From: Gordius albopunctatus
Lineage: Eukaryota
DNA: 64,000 nucleotides
Reading direction: 5' to 3'
Assembly (NCBI GenBank): GCA_964276515.1
Contig: OZ193909.1
Coordinates: forward strand, 6,076,001 to 6,140,000
Shown: positions 1 to 15,000 of the stretch, piece by piece
Layout: every line of letters begins with the position of its first letter
How positions within the stretch are numbered: position 1 is the first letter of the stretch
Position numbers and translations under genes: made by a program
Notes under the pieces: generated by a model
Database searches by the model: none
The model's input: only the letters and a program-made list of their open reading frames with translations
Told to the model about the DNA's origin: nothing

Positions 1-9
1 TTTATAAAA

Positions 10-3000
10 TTATGAAAGCTTTGTTTGTTCCCTATATCCATTGGCATCATCCTACAAAATGACCTATCGATAAAAAGTATACCGCGAGACATTTACTAAT
101 TTAGGATCGAAGGGTGAGTTAGCGGCTGGGGCCCCGGGCATGTTTCCAAAAGAGGGCAAGACTCCGGGTGGGAAGGGAGGTGGTAAGTTTTGTAGGGAAG
201 AAAAATCGTTCCCACCACTACCCCCACCACCAGCGTTGTTATTACAGGCTGCGTTAGAGGCGAGAGCGGCAACCGCCGCGACCATCTTGAATTGTTCATT
301 CCACAAGTTGTTGACGTTTAGGGCGGCTGGTGGAGGGTTAGAGCCGTTGAATGCTTGATTGAAGAAGTTGGCGTAATTGGCTGCGTTGTTTGGTATAGAC
401 ACGTTGCCAGTATCTAAGCCACCTGCATTAAATTAATAATTGAATATTTGTCAAAATTATAATGGGAAAAATATAAAAGAAAGGTGTTAAGGTAGAATAA
501 AGACTAAGTCTATACAATGAAGAGAACACTGACCAAAATTGAAACCGTTCATAAGACCTGCACCGAGGTTGAGCTGAGATTGAAGCTTGCTGCTTTGGTT
601 GATGGTAGTGCCATTGTTACCGCCACTACCTAAAGGAGCGCCTACGTTGTTATTCGCGCTGGCGGCGTTGCCGTATCGCAAACCCTGAGCCGGATTAGAT
701 CCTACCAACTGCTTACTAGCACCTCCCAAGTTTTTTTTGAAACCGGGCGCACTAGTTGCCGTATCATCGAGTCCCAACCCGTTTTCCAAAATGCCGAGTC
801 CAGCGCCATTGAAATCAGAAGGTCCACCCAAGTTAACTAGACTGTGAGGGTTATTGGATTTGAACGAGGGTGGATATAGCTGGGCGGCTGCAGCTGCAGG
901 ATTGTTGAGGAAAAAAGCGGCTGCGGCCGCGACGGCGCCCTGGTTATTGTTGTTCTGGTTCTGTTGGTGTTGTTGAAAGAGGGAATTTAAGTTGTTCAAG
1001 AGGTTGTGAGGCGGTGCCCCGAGCGGAGGCGGACCAGAACCGCCTTGAGGAGGAGGAGGAGCCAGAAAAGGTGGTGGCAGGGAATTGAAGAAGGGATGAG
1101 GAGAGTACATGGAAAAATTAGTTGGAGGCATATGAGAATGTTGTTGCGGCTGCTGCTCATGTCCCGTCGGATTATTGAGGGTATGGGGGGGCGGTGGTGG
1201 GGCGAAGAGAGGTGGCAGGGGATGGTTTTGGTTAGGTTTAATATCTTTGAAAGCGGACGCAGCCCCGCCGGGTGTAAGGTTGAGGGGCGCGAAGGAGGAG
1301 TTGAAAGAGGGTAGACCAGTGGCATTATTGGTGTTGTTATTAAATGCGTTGTTGTGGGCTTGTAAATTGGATAGGTTATTATTGATATTGTTTAGGTCGC
1401 TGTTCCCGAGACTGTCGGAGGCAGTCGTGGAGTTATTATCCTTGCCGAACTTCCCGCCCGTCTTTTGAGTGGAGCCAATTTCACCGATTTCATTGTTGTT
1501 GTAGGAGGGAAAGGTGTTGGTACTAGCGTTGTTGAAGAAACCCTGGGAGTTTTGCAAGAAAAATGTTTCAGGGTTGAAGTTGAGGTCGAAATAAACGCCG
1601 CCCCCACTACTAGTCGTGGTAAGGGGGTGAGGGTTCGAGTTTGCGGAGGAAGTGGTAGAACGTCCCAGGGAAAGTAGGGATTGATTGTACCAATCGTTGA
1701 GAGCTGGAGCGTCTGTGAAAATGAATGGTATGATGTGAAAATGAATGGTATGATTAAGAGTCTAATTGCAATATACAATATTAAGGTTTTAGACTCTATT
1801 GCCGCTTACCGGAACCTAAAGACCAGGGGGTGTACTTGTTACCGCCGCCGCCCACACCATTATTATCCATACTATTGGTGTTTTTGTGAGATACACGTTC
1901 GTTGCCGATGGGTGCGGGGTGCTTTTTGGAGGAGGAAACTTTGGCTGACAGCATTAAGTCTGATCATAAATAAATATACATTTGTATAGATTGAGTAAAA
2001 TTGAAAATATCATCAGCAAGATTTACACAAAATTTTGTAATTTTCAAAAACACTATATATATATAGATGCTATGTAAATTATCAAGAAAAATAAAATAGG
2101 CTAAATACCTGAGGGTTGAGAGAAGGAATTAATCAAGTTGAGGGCGGAGAGAGAAGAGTCACCACCGCCTCCTACCACAGGAGAATGGTTGCTGGGAGCG
2201 GAGTTGAGGATGCAATCGTCGCGGAAGGTGTTGGCAAAAGTATTGTTGCCACCGCCTCCGGAGATCGGTTTGAAGTTGGGGACGACTGATGGCTCGTTCA
2301 TCTCCCTAAGAACGGGTGATGATGAAGGAGGGCGCGCGTTGGACGGGCGCTGCTGATACTTGCTTCCCACCAGCGGAGTGGCAGGGGCTGAAAGCCCCAG
2401 GACGCTAGCGAATTCTCCGGCGTCGTTACAGGGAGATTCATCTCCGCGCAGCAAATCGCCCATACGGGTACTACTAGATTGCGCCGTAATTTCGGGATTG
2501 GAACACATGACGAGCGATTTGACCGCCATGTTTCTCTTGTAACCCGGTGCCTTTCTCAAATCCTCCTCGGGTGGAGTGTTGGGTTCAGAAGTCGGGGGCA
2601 GGTGATGATGGCTGAGGGAAGGGCTGTTGCCGGCATTAGACAGAGAAGGAGGGGCAGGGTATGATAAAGGTGTGGCAGAAGGGACGACCGCGTTGGGGTG
2701 CGGTGACGCCACTATGCTAGCGAAGTTCGCGGCTTTAAAGGCGAGTGAGGAGTTACCACTGGGTGGCCCCTTATCATGAGCAGCTAATAGCGGTCCCAAG
2801 GCGGAAGAAGCGCCTCCACGAGCGGCGCCGTAACCGCTTGAAATCTCGAGGTTGTGACCCGAAGAGGAGGCGATAGCCGCTTCTTTTTTACACCATACGC
2901 TAGATGGGAACATGGTGTTGACAAAGGTGTTAAACGGGGAGTACTCGGCGGTGGGAACTGAAACGGGGTGCTCTAGGTTGTCATTTTTGGAGGCAGGGGT

Positions 3001-6000
3001 GTGGTGTGGAATAGGAGTTTTTATGCTGCTTTCACCATTCACGCCGTCATGAGACTCGTTAAGAGTGTGGTTATTGTCATAATTCTGCATCTTTGCCTCT
3101 TCCTCGTCTAGCCGATCTAAATCACCCCTTTGCGAAACCACGGCCTTGTCGTTGCTATAATGGGAGGGCAGGGTGAAAAAGCCCCAGGCACCGGAGAAGG
3201 AATTTTGGTTGGAGTCCGTAAAATCTTTGTAAACTGCAGTCGAGGAGCAGGTGCCTGGCATCGAGGCATTTGTCCCGAGTTCTGAGGCACCGCAAGTTAC
3301 GGTGAGGGAGAGTGTGGTGTACACCGTAGTCGAGATGACGGGAGTGTTTGTGTCATTGTTGGATGGGCTGGGACTACTACTTTGTAGGGTAGTGCTAACG
3401 ACAGTCGCCGTAGAGGCTAGACTTGATGAGACGGTAGCTGGGGTGGTAGGAAGAGTCTGGCTTTTGTTAGTTCGGTAGGTTATGGACACGAGGGAAGGTA
3501 TGCTAGAAACGCACGTGGTGGTAGTTGTAAGAGCCGTAGAGGACGTAGCTAGTGAAAAAGAGGTGGAAGTGCCGACGTAGCGAGAGGGGAGGGTTGAAGC
3601 GGCGGCTCCTTTGAGGACTACCTGGTGGTTAGCGAAAGAGAGAAGGTTCGATTTTTGAAGGATAGCCGGTAGTTTGGAAGATGGTTTGAGACTTTCGTAA
3701 CTCTGGATGATTTCCATAGCATCTCGGTCCGGTTCGTCGACCAAGGCCATAATAAGTTGGTAGGCAAATTTGATGGCTTCAGGCGATCCTCTGTGAGTTT
3801 ATATTATAAATGAAGGATATCTATTTTCAAATTTTCGACTATGAAATTGGCAGGTCATTACTACTAACTGCACTAAGAACTATTATAAAATCGATTTAAC
3901 GCAGTCATTGGAATAGTATGCATAATGTCAAAAAAGTCATAAGTTTAAAAAGGCTAAAAAAGATGCACCTAAGCACAACCGATTCCTAAATTTACAAATA
4001 CAATAAGGTTTGTGGGAGGGTCGAAATCTAAGTCGAGTCTTCGGCACACCATTTAACCAAGCTTTTTGAGGTTGTGGCCATAAAATCTCCATATCATACT
4101 ATCATCATAATACCGTATGGTAATGTTACGGTCAGCGGCCCCTTTCTGCTTGTCGATTTCGATGTGGGCTCCCGACATGTCTCGGATGGCGTTGATATTT
4201 TGTCCACCGCGCCCAATCACCCTAGCTACTACGTTGCTAGCAACCACGACTCGCTTGCACTTCCTAACCACCTCCTTCCATTCATCCTCATTGAAATCGG
4301 AGGAATGAGAGCCACTTGCGAAAGGCGGTAGTGCCAGGGATGAAGATAGTAAGGCGTCGGAGCTGCGCTTTCTACATATATTATTATAATAGTACCAAGG
4401 GGTGAAAGATAAGGCAAAAATTGTTGTTTGTTCATAAGGGTTTGTATTTAATATACTTTTCTTATCTTTCGTTTCATTGATAAAAAATAGCTAATTATAA
4501 AACGTGAAGGCTCTTAAAATTAACAATTATCTCGTAAGGTGGTCTTTAGTGTGCTACAGGTTTTTGCAGTAAGGCACATAATAGATTAGGGGCAGCAATC
4601 AGTTACCCCGTAGAAGTGACCGAGGTCCCGTTCCAACTCCTACCCTGATGGTGGTGCGAAGAGGATGAACCACCGTAGCCCAGTCCGGAGGAGGGTATGT
4701 CTGAATCGTCGTGATAGTGTTGTTTTCGCGTGTGGTGAGTGGTAGAGCCCGTCCCACCAGACGCTTTGTGGTGATGTGAGGCGCTCGTGGCGGCGAGCAT
4801 ATTTTTCGAATTTCGACCGTAGGCGACGTGATAGATATCATCTTCTCCACCCCGTTGCTGGGGCTGCTGGTCGTAGTAACCTCCCGAACCAAAATCGTCG
4901 GGCTCCAGAGAGGTGGCGTAGTAAGGGGGAGCGGGGAATAAGCTGTGGTGATGATGGGCGTGAGAACCGTGCTTATGACGGCTGGCATTAGAAGAGCGGT
5001 GATAGGACGACGACGACTGGTGTGGGTGGTAGTGTTGTTTGCCGTCTTCTTCCTCGTTAGCAGTGGGTGGAGGGCTAGAGGAGGCTACGACGTGTCTTTG
5101 TGATTCGTTGGTGGTGGCGCTATTAGGGTCGGAACTGCGGTCTCTACAGTGCGAGCGCGCCCCCGACTTTTTCTTCCTAAGCGTGATGGTCTTAAAATCG
5201 GAGGATGATACCGCCGTTAGGCTAGCTCTTTTCCCCGCGACCGATCCGGACTTAGTGAAACTCGATGCCTTGTGCTTATGGTCAGCGGTGCTTTCGTGAT
5301 CGCTGGCGTCGTCTTGTCTCGAGCTATTTCGCGCCGCCCCATTTTTAGAATAGGCGTCGCGCGAATTAGTTGATGACCATCGTTGTTCGTTGTCCGAAGT
5401 GCTGGTTAGAGCTACTAGTCCCGTGTAACGGTTGTGGGAGGAAGGGGTATTAGCAGTGGTGTGATAGGTCGCGGCGTGATCTCTTCCCACGTCATCCGTT
5501 TCACTTTCTTCACCCCCTTCGTCGTTTTGGTTGTTATCGTAGCCGTAATCTTCGTTGTCTGGGGGAAGGTTGCTGCGTTTCAGAGAAGTTTCTGACGGCG
5601 CTGCAAAGGCGCGGTGGGTAGATGAGTCGGGATCGGTGTTGAGCGTTGGCGCGATGGGTGTTGAAGCTGACGACGCTTTCTATTTATAAAGCAAGTGGAC
5701 AAAGTAAATATCTAGTGTTGTAAAAACTTTTCAAATTTCGACTAAGCTTAGTCGGCGACTAAAAAAAGGCCAAAAAATCGTTATCTGTTTAGTCGACCAA
5801 ACAAAGCCCAGCCCGTTTTTGCAACACTAGTAGGAACCCTTTATATTATTTGCGCTTTACAGTGGCGGTCGAGATCAAAGCACGTCATTCATCATGCACT
5901 AAAACATACAGCTATTTAACCTAATAAACATCTCAATACATTAAAACAAATGGTCCCTAAAACCGGTCAACGCGATTAAGTTATGCCCTAATTCTAACAC

Positions 6001-9000
6001 AATTGATTCAGTTTTTAACAAATAGGCAGGCATCTTATCTGCAACCTAAGTGCAACGTACCTTATTTTTGAGGGCAAGGAGAGAAGAAGGGGCTTGAGCT
6101 ACGGTATTAGTATGTTCCTCTTTTCCCTGTTGATGCCGCGAAGTGCTATGTTTTTTCAGGCTCAACCTTTTTTCGCTTTGTAGAGGCGCGGTATCGCCCG
6201 CCTTCTTAGTTTCGCTACCTGGTGCCAACACTTCCCGGTTCACCTCTCCATCCGGTGGCTGGGTTTTAGCTTTGGGTTTAGAGGAGAGCATGGGAGCTTT
6301 GAGATTGAACTTGCGGACAAACCAGGATTCGAGCACACCTATTAATACATCAAATGAACAAAAAAGTAAAAATGTGAACTGAAGTTCTCTTAATACTGCC
6401 ACGATATTTAAGCCTAGCGCTTACTCATTTTCCTCGTAGAGCCTTCTTCTTGGCTCGAAACTCGATCGTCCAGGCTGACGGCGTCCATCCTAATGAAGAA
6501 ACAAAGTGTTTAACATAAAATATTCGTATTCAAAAGGCTTTTTATTGCCGCCAAATATTTTTAGCAGCAAAAATATAAATGGATTTTTTCAAACAAAATA
6601 AGGAGTTACCTTGCTATGGCGTCCTGAATTACGCTCTCTCGCAGGGTGAAGGATGTAGAACAAGCCTTATCACCGGTCCCAGTACCGACTGTAGAAGAAT
6701 TAGAAGAGGTGGATGCTTTCTCTTCGACAGCTAGAATGCCGTCATCAGGTTCGGGCTTAGGGTCGGGATTTGTAATTTGTTTGTCCTTCTTCTTTTGCCG
6801 TTTCTTTTCGCGTCTCCGCGCCGCGGCAGCTTTTTTATTTTCCTCCCGTGTCTTCTCCTTATCCAACTCGTCCAGGAGATCCAAAGCGTTTTTGTTCGCT
6901 TCGGCAGCTTGCCGATCTTTGGCCCAAATGATGATCTCCATGCACTGGTGACAACGTTTGAGCATGTCCTAGTGGATGCGATGGGCAATGATGATCATTT
7001 CGTTCAATGAGATAAGTTAGCAATGGTTTTATTGCAAAATGGAATTTTTTCGGCCCGAAATCCGAAATGTTTTTTTAATCAGGCTCCGCCCGACTTTTTA
7101 AAATGCAAATTTATAATGCGTTTGATTTAACCTAAAAATATTTTGTTCCCTCTAATTAGTCTATTGGACAAAGGAATGAGTAAAAAATATTAAGAAATCT
7201 TTTAACTAGATTTTGCCTAGCCCAATTAAATTTTGATTTTTGGCCTGAGCCTGGCACGTGCAGGGCTCTAGCTATGTCCTGAACTTTTATAATTTGTTAC
7301 CTTGTCAACTAGGGTATTGTTGAAGCGCTTGCATTCGGTGTCGGAGGGGAATTGGGAAACGTGTTTAACCATCCATCGGACTGTGCGGATGTGACCCTTT
7401 TTGAAAGCGGCCATGAGACAAGAAACTTTCCGATTGTCCTGGCTATCGATGTCTGCCCCCTTCTGCGCCAAGTACTGAATTACGTCCAAGTGCCCGCCTG
7501 GTGGATTGCGATGTTTGCACAAAAAATTAAATATAATAAAAGGTGGGAAGGGGCAAGCTCCAGCCATTTGCTCATTTTATGAATAATTTGTTTAATTCTT
7601 ACGCGGTTCGAGTGGAGATTTTAAAATATAGATACAAGTTTCACTTTAGCAAAACTTTAGGGTGACTTAAGAAGGATTTATATTGAGAAACAGATGATAA
7701 ACAAAATTAGACGTTTGCCCACGCCGACAGGTCGACTGTTATCATACTCCAGGCTGTGCCGTTAGAAGTTTAAGAGATAAGCAGCATTAATTACCAGGCT
7801 CTTAGATTTTTCATTAACAATAATTTTAAAGACAATAACTATCATTTAAAAAATTGTCAAAAATCATAGGACGGTTATTTTTAACAAGCATTAAATGCTA
7901 TGAAAAGTATGCTCACCATTGGCTGCCAGCCAGAGAGGTGAATTGCCCTTCTTGTTCTTGACTTCGATTTGGGCTCCGCTGTAATGGTTAACAAATAAGA
8001 TGTAAACATAGATATTACATATTTGATTGATTTGTAGTAAACTTTGAACGACCCTATTGAAAATTTTATGGTATATGGCTAAAACAATCACGAGTAATTA
8101 AAAAAAATCTACGAGGATTGCCATATAAAACATATGACAAGGGCCAATAAAATAAGACATTCAATGCGAAAGATAACTTAAAATTCTTCAACTTATAACG
8201 AGATATATCGTACTTTTGGACCAGGAGCTCGACAAATTTGTAGTGGCCCTTGTCGGCTGCTATGGTAAGAGCGGTATCTCGCGACGAAGGAACAGGAGCC
8301 GCATTAACGTCCGCACCTTTTTCTATTAAAACTCTACCCACATCCACAAAACCACCCGAAGCAGCTTCCATCAATGGTGTCAATCCGGTCTAAGCATATG
8401 AAACAGCATGCATCACACAATTAATTTTAATATTAATAGATTAGATCATATTTCTTTTTAAATTATTGAATTCAAGATGCAGTTTCTCAATTTAATAGGA
8501 TGGAATTTCGAGAAATCAACAGAAACTAATCCTGAAGTAAAAGGCCATATAAAAAATAAATATTGAATCGAGTAGTATTTAAATAGCATACCTTAGCGCG
8601 ATGCTCTATGTTGGCCTTGTATTCCAAGAAAAGGGAGACGACCTCGTGTTTTCCCTGAAAACAGGCCAGGGTGAGGGCCGTGTTTTTGTTAGTCTCAATT
8701 TGGGCATTGATGTCGGAACCCATGTCCAGCAACAATTTAACCGCAGCCAGGTGACCATTCATAGCGGCCAACATCAACGGCGATATACCCAATTTACTCC
8801 CGGTCCTTGAAAATATTTTTTTTAAATTAGATTGATTATGCGTGTTGCTATAAAGTGTTGAAAAGCGTCAAATGTGAAAAATACAATTTTTGATTTTTTT
8901 ACCCCACCTTTAATATTTATAAGGGTAATGAACGGATGCGGTGGCACAAACTTTTTTCATTTAAGTTTAATGACCCCTCACGGTGCAAAGACAAGATATA

Positions 9001-12000
9001 GGTGTCACAGCCTTGAATGAATCATTTTAATTAAAAATTTCGGGTTGAAAATGCAATTTAATCAAGTTGCCCATAGTCGAGTAGTTCAAGTAACAAGTTA
9101 ATACACACGATAAAGCATAAAGGGGGTATAACTCTCCACTACCTGGAATTAATTTCGGCGCCGTGGTTTAGTAGTAGCTTGATGATGTTACAGTGCCCAC
9201 CCGAAGCCGCCAAACTCAAGGGCGTATAATCCGAGACGTTCCTGTGCTCGATGTAAGCGCCATTGTTGAGGAGAACTTCCACCACTTCGTATCGCCCGCT
9301 GGAGCAGGCTAAGGAGAGGGCCGTATCTTTGGTCCGATCCGATTGCGCTTCTATGTTAACGCCGTGATTCAAAAGCAGCTGCACTATGTTGGCTTGCCCG
9401 CTGGTGGCCGCGATTATCAACGGTGTAAAACCTAGTGAGATTATTGTATTAAGATTGGATTTTAATAAAAGTCGTAATATAAGATTTTGGAGTCCGACCA
9501 CAAATCATACATATAGAAAATATTACGTAACCAATTTCAATAAAGAAAGTCTACCTTGCCAAGTTATAGCGCATTTATAAATAATACTCGAACCAAATTT
9601 TATACGACCTCGTGCAGGTCTCTAGCTCTAATTACAACTTCTAAAAAATAGCTGACGTCGTAGAATGGGTAAAGTTTAAATCCAAACTAATCTAAAATGA
9701 CTGAGAATCAATCTAATATTGAAGCAGAGAAGAAATTCATTTATCAAATACAATTCAGACTTAGGTAGTGTCCTCAAATATCTTATTTGGCTTGCTAACA
9801 ATCGCGTATTATTTCATCACCCACCTTTCTTATCCCGATGTTCGATGGAGCTGCCCCGCTTTATGAGCAGTTCGACGAGCTCGGGCGGCCCTCCGGCGCA
9901 GGCGAGGGTTAAGGCGGTGTCGTGATTGCTATCAGTTTGCGCGTCCACTTCGATGGCAGGGTAATATTTCTTACCAGTCCCGACCGCCGAGGTTGGGGTG
10001 CAAGGGGCGGCAACCGGGGCAGTAGTTGGTGGTGGTGCTTGTTGTTGAGGTTGCTTACAAGTTGATTCCTCGACCTCGGGATCCGTTAAGACTTGAGGTA
10101 ACGCTTCGCGTTGCGCGGTAGATTGGTTAGCTTCTAGGGCAGGGGGCGCGGTGCGATCGTACAGCTTTTGCACGAGACTCGAGGCGGCCTGGTGGTAATA
10201 AATATTTGGGTAGCAGTGAAGTGGTATAGCGATTATAGATATCAGCCACAACGCAATTTCTACGGAGCCAAATTGTTTAACCAAAGATTACGATGCACTT
10301 GTTTTTCCCTTATAATAATACTCAGCTTCGCGTTCATTAGTAGGAGCCATTCTTAAGCTATAAAGTAGTGTTGTAAAAACGGTTGGGGGTTTTGCTTGGT
10401 CGATCTTTAATTTATGTAAAACTAAGGGTCGCCACCTCCGGTCCGTTCTTCAAAACTAAGCCTAGCGGTCGACTAAGAAAAAGAAACCAAAAAATCTATG
10501 GTCTGGGTTCTGTTTAGTGGACCAAATAGAACCCCCCAGCCGCCGTTTTTATAACACTAGTCTTTAAAGAAGCTTAACAATCATACTATTAAACCGAATC
10601 GAAAAAACAATTATTTAAATTTATTCGAGACTATAAAGCAGTTATAATTTAAGTCGTTGGTAAAATAGTTAAAATGATCCCTCTTACCTGGTAATTACAA
10701 CACTTTTCCAAAGCGAGGGGGGTTGCGGGCGCGATAGATTTTTTGTTGGCCGCAGCCGACCCATTGGGTCCGGGCGGTGGATGGGGTTGTTGCTGAAGCG
10801 CGGTTAGCACGTTGTTGAAATTCAGGGCCGCGGCCTGCTGACCAATGGCGGCCCCGGCGTTGTTAGTGGCGTAGGGGGGTAAATGATGCAGGTGATGGTG
10901 CAGGTGGTGGGAAAAGAGTGGGGGTGGGGGAGCTACGCGTGCACCCGCCAAATATTGTTGATGTAGCTGGGCCACGTGCTGAAATTGCTGTTGCTGTTGT
11001 TGACGCTGTAAATCGGCGGCCGCGGCAAAATTTAGGAAGGGATGGTGGTGGTGATGGGCCGCAGCGGCCGCGTGGTAACAGAGTGAAGTGGTCGAAGTCG
11101 GCGATTTGCTGTGCGACTTGTTCGAGTTTTCTTCTTGAGGCGGCGTCAGGCCGGTGGTCAGTTCGGAAGGGATGGGGTTAGTGAGCGCCCCTTTGCAAAG
11201 GCTGTCTTGACCAGGGGGTCCTGGGTAGTATGATGGACCGGTTCTGTTAAAAATTTGATGGGCGGCATCGGGGCCGTTTAGGTGCAAGAGCTGACAACAG
11301 GCAGCTTCGAGACCACCTATCGGCTGCTGAGAGTGTTGCTGATCCAGGAATTGGGTCGATTGTGACATGTCTAAGCCGTTAGACAAATCCTCGATTTCGG
11401 TTATGTCCAGGAGATTATCCAAACCTATAGTCGGCATAGCAAGCATTAATTAAATTAGGCCAAAATGTCAAATTATTGATAATATTTAACATTAATTACA
11501 CGCTGGCATCCTAAATGTGAAATACAAGTCTATATAACTGTCTAGTTATAGCATAAATAAACTAAGGGTGTTTTGAGCAGGATTCTAACATTTAAAAACC
11601 CGCTCAAAATAAGGTTTAAACATACAATAGAGAAGTAGGAGAGGGGGGCTTATGCTTGGCAAAACAAAACGATGAAAATGTTCTAAAGTTTACCAAATTT
11701 TCCAATGTCAATGTCGTATTGATTATTGATGAGTGAGATGCTGTAGGAGGTAGAGTAAGGATCGCTGCCTTTAGCACCCAAAGGCCCCGTTGGCAGTGTT
11801 GGTAAAAAGGTGGAGGAACTGAAAGAAGCGTTAATATTTTTCAGCTTCACAATCTCCGAAGAGGTCGTCACGTCGTAGATAGAGGGGGAGTCAAAAGGCA
11901 AGCTGTAGGGGGGGAGGTAATACTGAGGTCTTTGTGCTAAGGCAACCACCTTGTTGTTGACGGGACTGGTCGAACTGGGTTGAGTAGAGCGTTGCGGAAG

Positions 12001-15000
12001 AGCGCTACTGTCGCCGCCGCCATCCTCCGCTTTATCGTCGTTAGATTTGCCGTGAACCGAACAAGCGTCGAAGTGGTGCGAAGGTAGGAGCGTCACCTTT
12101 TTGCCGTCGCAAATGCAGAGTGGAGGCGGTGGCGCGGCTAACAGTAGGGGGGAGGATTGATGAATATCTTTAAGCGGCATCTGTTTTTCCGACTGAATTG
12201 CAGGTTCCTTCGCTCGATCTGACGTGGAATCGGGTTTGGTTTCCCCTTTGTGAGATTGATCTGTAGGCATGCCGCCTTGTTGATTGGGTATCTTCTCGAT
12301 TTCAACTTCGGACGTTTTTAGAAAGCCGGGAGCGCCGGCTAGAGCGCGTAGAGCGTTAAAATCATAGCGCGGCCCCACCGCTACCCCGGTCCCATCGGCC
12401 TGAGCCGCAGCGGCCGAGGCGGCGGCCGCAGAAGCGGCCAATAACAGATATCGCTGTTGAGCGGCGGCTTGTTGTTGAAGTTGCAACCGTCGCAAGCGAT
12501 CGAATTGGGCTTGTTGCATGCGTAAGCGTGAATCCAGCTGCTCGGGCGTGAATGAAACAAGCACATCTTCGTCACCTCCGTCATTCCCTACTCCTTCTCC
12601 TCCCAGACTACAATCTGCTGGTTCGTTGTTATCATCCTCTTCCTCCTCAGTTTCTTCGCATTCGGCCTGTGATTCCTCCCCTTGTTGTTGCCGCGCGTCT
12701 AGAGCGTCTCCTTCTCGCCCCTCCACTATCCTTTCTTCGGTCACTTCGGCACCGGCAGCAGGCTGCATATTGGGGCCGACGTGGGGCGATTGTAGCGAGA
12801 GTTGTTGACGCTCTTGGGCGGTCGCGATGTAGCGCTCAATTTTGCGGACGGCGGCGTTTATGCTGTGAGCCCATTTATCGGTAGTATGCATTTCGCGGTG
12901 GAAGGCGTCGGCGGCACCCTCGTTAACGTCGCCGAGCAGACTGGCGAGATCAAAGTTGTTGCGAAGCAAATCCTTGAGGTGCCTTATTTTGTCCCCGATC
13001 CGAAGAGCCATACCTTTGGTTGCGGCCAGCGATTGCAAATTGTAGTTACCGGCGTCGGGAAATGTTGTTGCAGCCGCAGCTCCTGCAGTTGCAGCGATTG
13101 AAGGTGCAAACGATGTCGAGAGTGGTGGCTGTTGATGGTTGTGTGGCAAAGCTAAAGCGCTCGGTGAGGAAACGTGCATAGAAGAGGGTACGGCGTTGGA
13201 AGCGACTAAGATTTGATAGATTATTCAGGTTTGAATACGAATTAAATAAAAGGTGGCCGTAATGGATCCTATTTCACGTATTTAAAAAACATAAGTTTTT
13301 AGTATAATTATTGTAACACAAACTCGTCTCTCAATTAGGGCCTTTTAAAAAAGGTTGACTAAAAGAAGGGAGGCAAAATCTAAATTGCATAACATAGTAA
13401 GGTTTAACGTTCCTCTCGTGTGTCATTGTTTTAAGTTATAAAAAGTGAAAATCCAAAGGGATTAAAAAAATCTCCAAGTGAATTGCAACTAAATTCTATT
13501 GCGAATGCGGAAAAAATTGAAACTCTCACAAAAACGATGATTTTCTAAATTACAATTAATCAAAAATAGTGGTTTATAATATTAGATGCATTACCCTGAT
13601 TTTGGAATTGTTCGAAGGACTGGTACAACGAGGCGTCGCCAGCTAATTTAAGGAGAGCAGCGTCATAACTTTTATCGCTCGCGTCTATTTGGCTGGTAGA
13701 ATCGGCTTGCCATGAAGCGTCCGTCGTCATGACAATGACCGATGTTTCATTACCACCGACGCCTTTGCCACTTTCATTATGGCCTTTTAATAAAAGTATA
13801 ACAGACAATTAGGCTGAATAAATGTTGATAAAAAGGTCCAAGATATAGACCAAAAAAGGATACGGGGGGGTGTATTATTTTAATGGCCAAATAATAAACG
13901 TTTTTCCTTTTTACAAAAGGGATAAGGCTAATATAAAATGGTCACTTTTAGCAACTCAAGTTACTCCCGAGGGTATTTATAAAAACATCCCTTTCCAACA
14001 AAATATCCTATAGAAAATGCTTTTCTGAAAAACAAGCTACAGAATGCTTAAAAAAAGCATTTAAAGTCGATGGAAAAACAAATTTAAAACAAACTTTGTT
14101 GATTGAATGCTATGCAATTTATATTTAATCATAAATGATGCCAGCATTACTCGTATCATTAATTTCGGCGTTATCGGTGGGGGTCGAGGGGCGGGTCGTC
14201 GCTTGCTCGAGGGAGTCGTTAGGGGCGGGTGCGTCTTGTTGTTGATGCTGTTGAGTGAAGAGCTGCTTTTGCTGTTGTTGCAGGTGTTCCAGTTGCTGGG
14301 CCGCAAATTGTTTCTTCTCTTTGAGCAAGAGTAATTGCTGTTGCTGCAATTGTTGATGCGTCTGCAATTGCTTCAAGTGTTGCAAGTGCTGCAATTGTTG
14401 TTGCTGTTGCTAAATCAATGACCAACGGCAAATTATTAATGAACCGGCCATTTGCCAAAAAATCGTTTCTAAGCGACAAAATTGATTTTGGTGTCATTAA
14501 TTTACCATCGCTTATTTGCACAACGTACCTAAATAGCTTTTCTCTGTCCAAAAACTTTTTATCAACAATGTATTAGCTGAACAATAAATTAATTTCCAAT
14601 CTATAATTTTAAGAAACTTAAAAAGACCAAAATGTTTTGTTTAAATCTAAAAGTTAAGATGATTGCAAATTTTGCACTTTCTATTTTGTTCAATCTTTCA
14701 TATCTAATTGTGAGATATGTTAAACTATTCTATTTTAAGTTTGGTGTCAAATTATAATAAATGTCTGTACCATTTTTAGGGTTTGTTTTTCCAGCAAGAG
14801 GGAAGGGGTGGCGGCTGAAGCTGATTCAGAATTGATTTGCTTGAGAAATTTGGGGAAATCCAACAGCAACTGAACGATATCCGTATGCCCGTTTTTGGAA
14901 GCCTCGATTAGAGCCGTGGAATTATCCTGCAATGATTTAATTAATAAAGTTTACAAGCATGTCAGGTAAAGTCATTAGAAGGCTGAGAAAGGTTCATTAG

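Noticed and set aside
96..14551. Many plus-strand and off-frame ORFs overlapping mask exons
   Set aside because: Shadow ORFs of GC-richer, low-complexity coding exons; no independent motifs.
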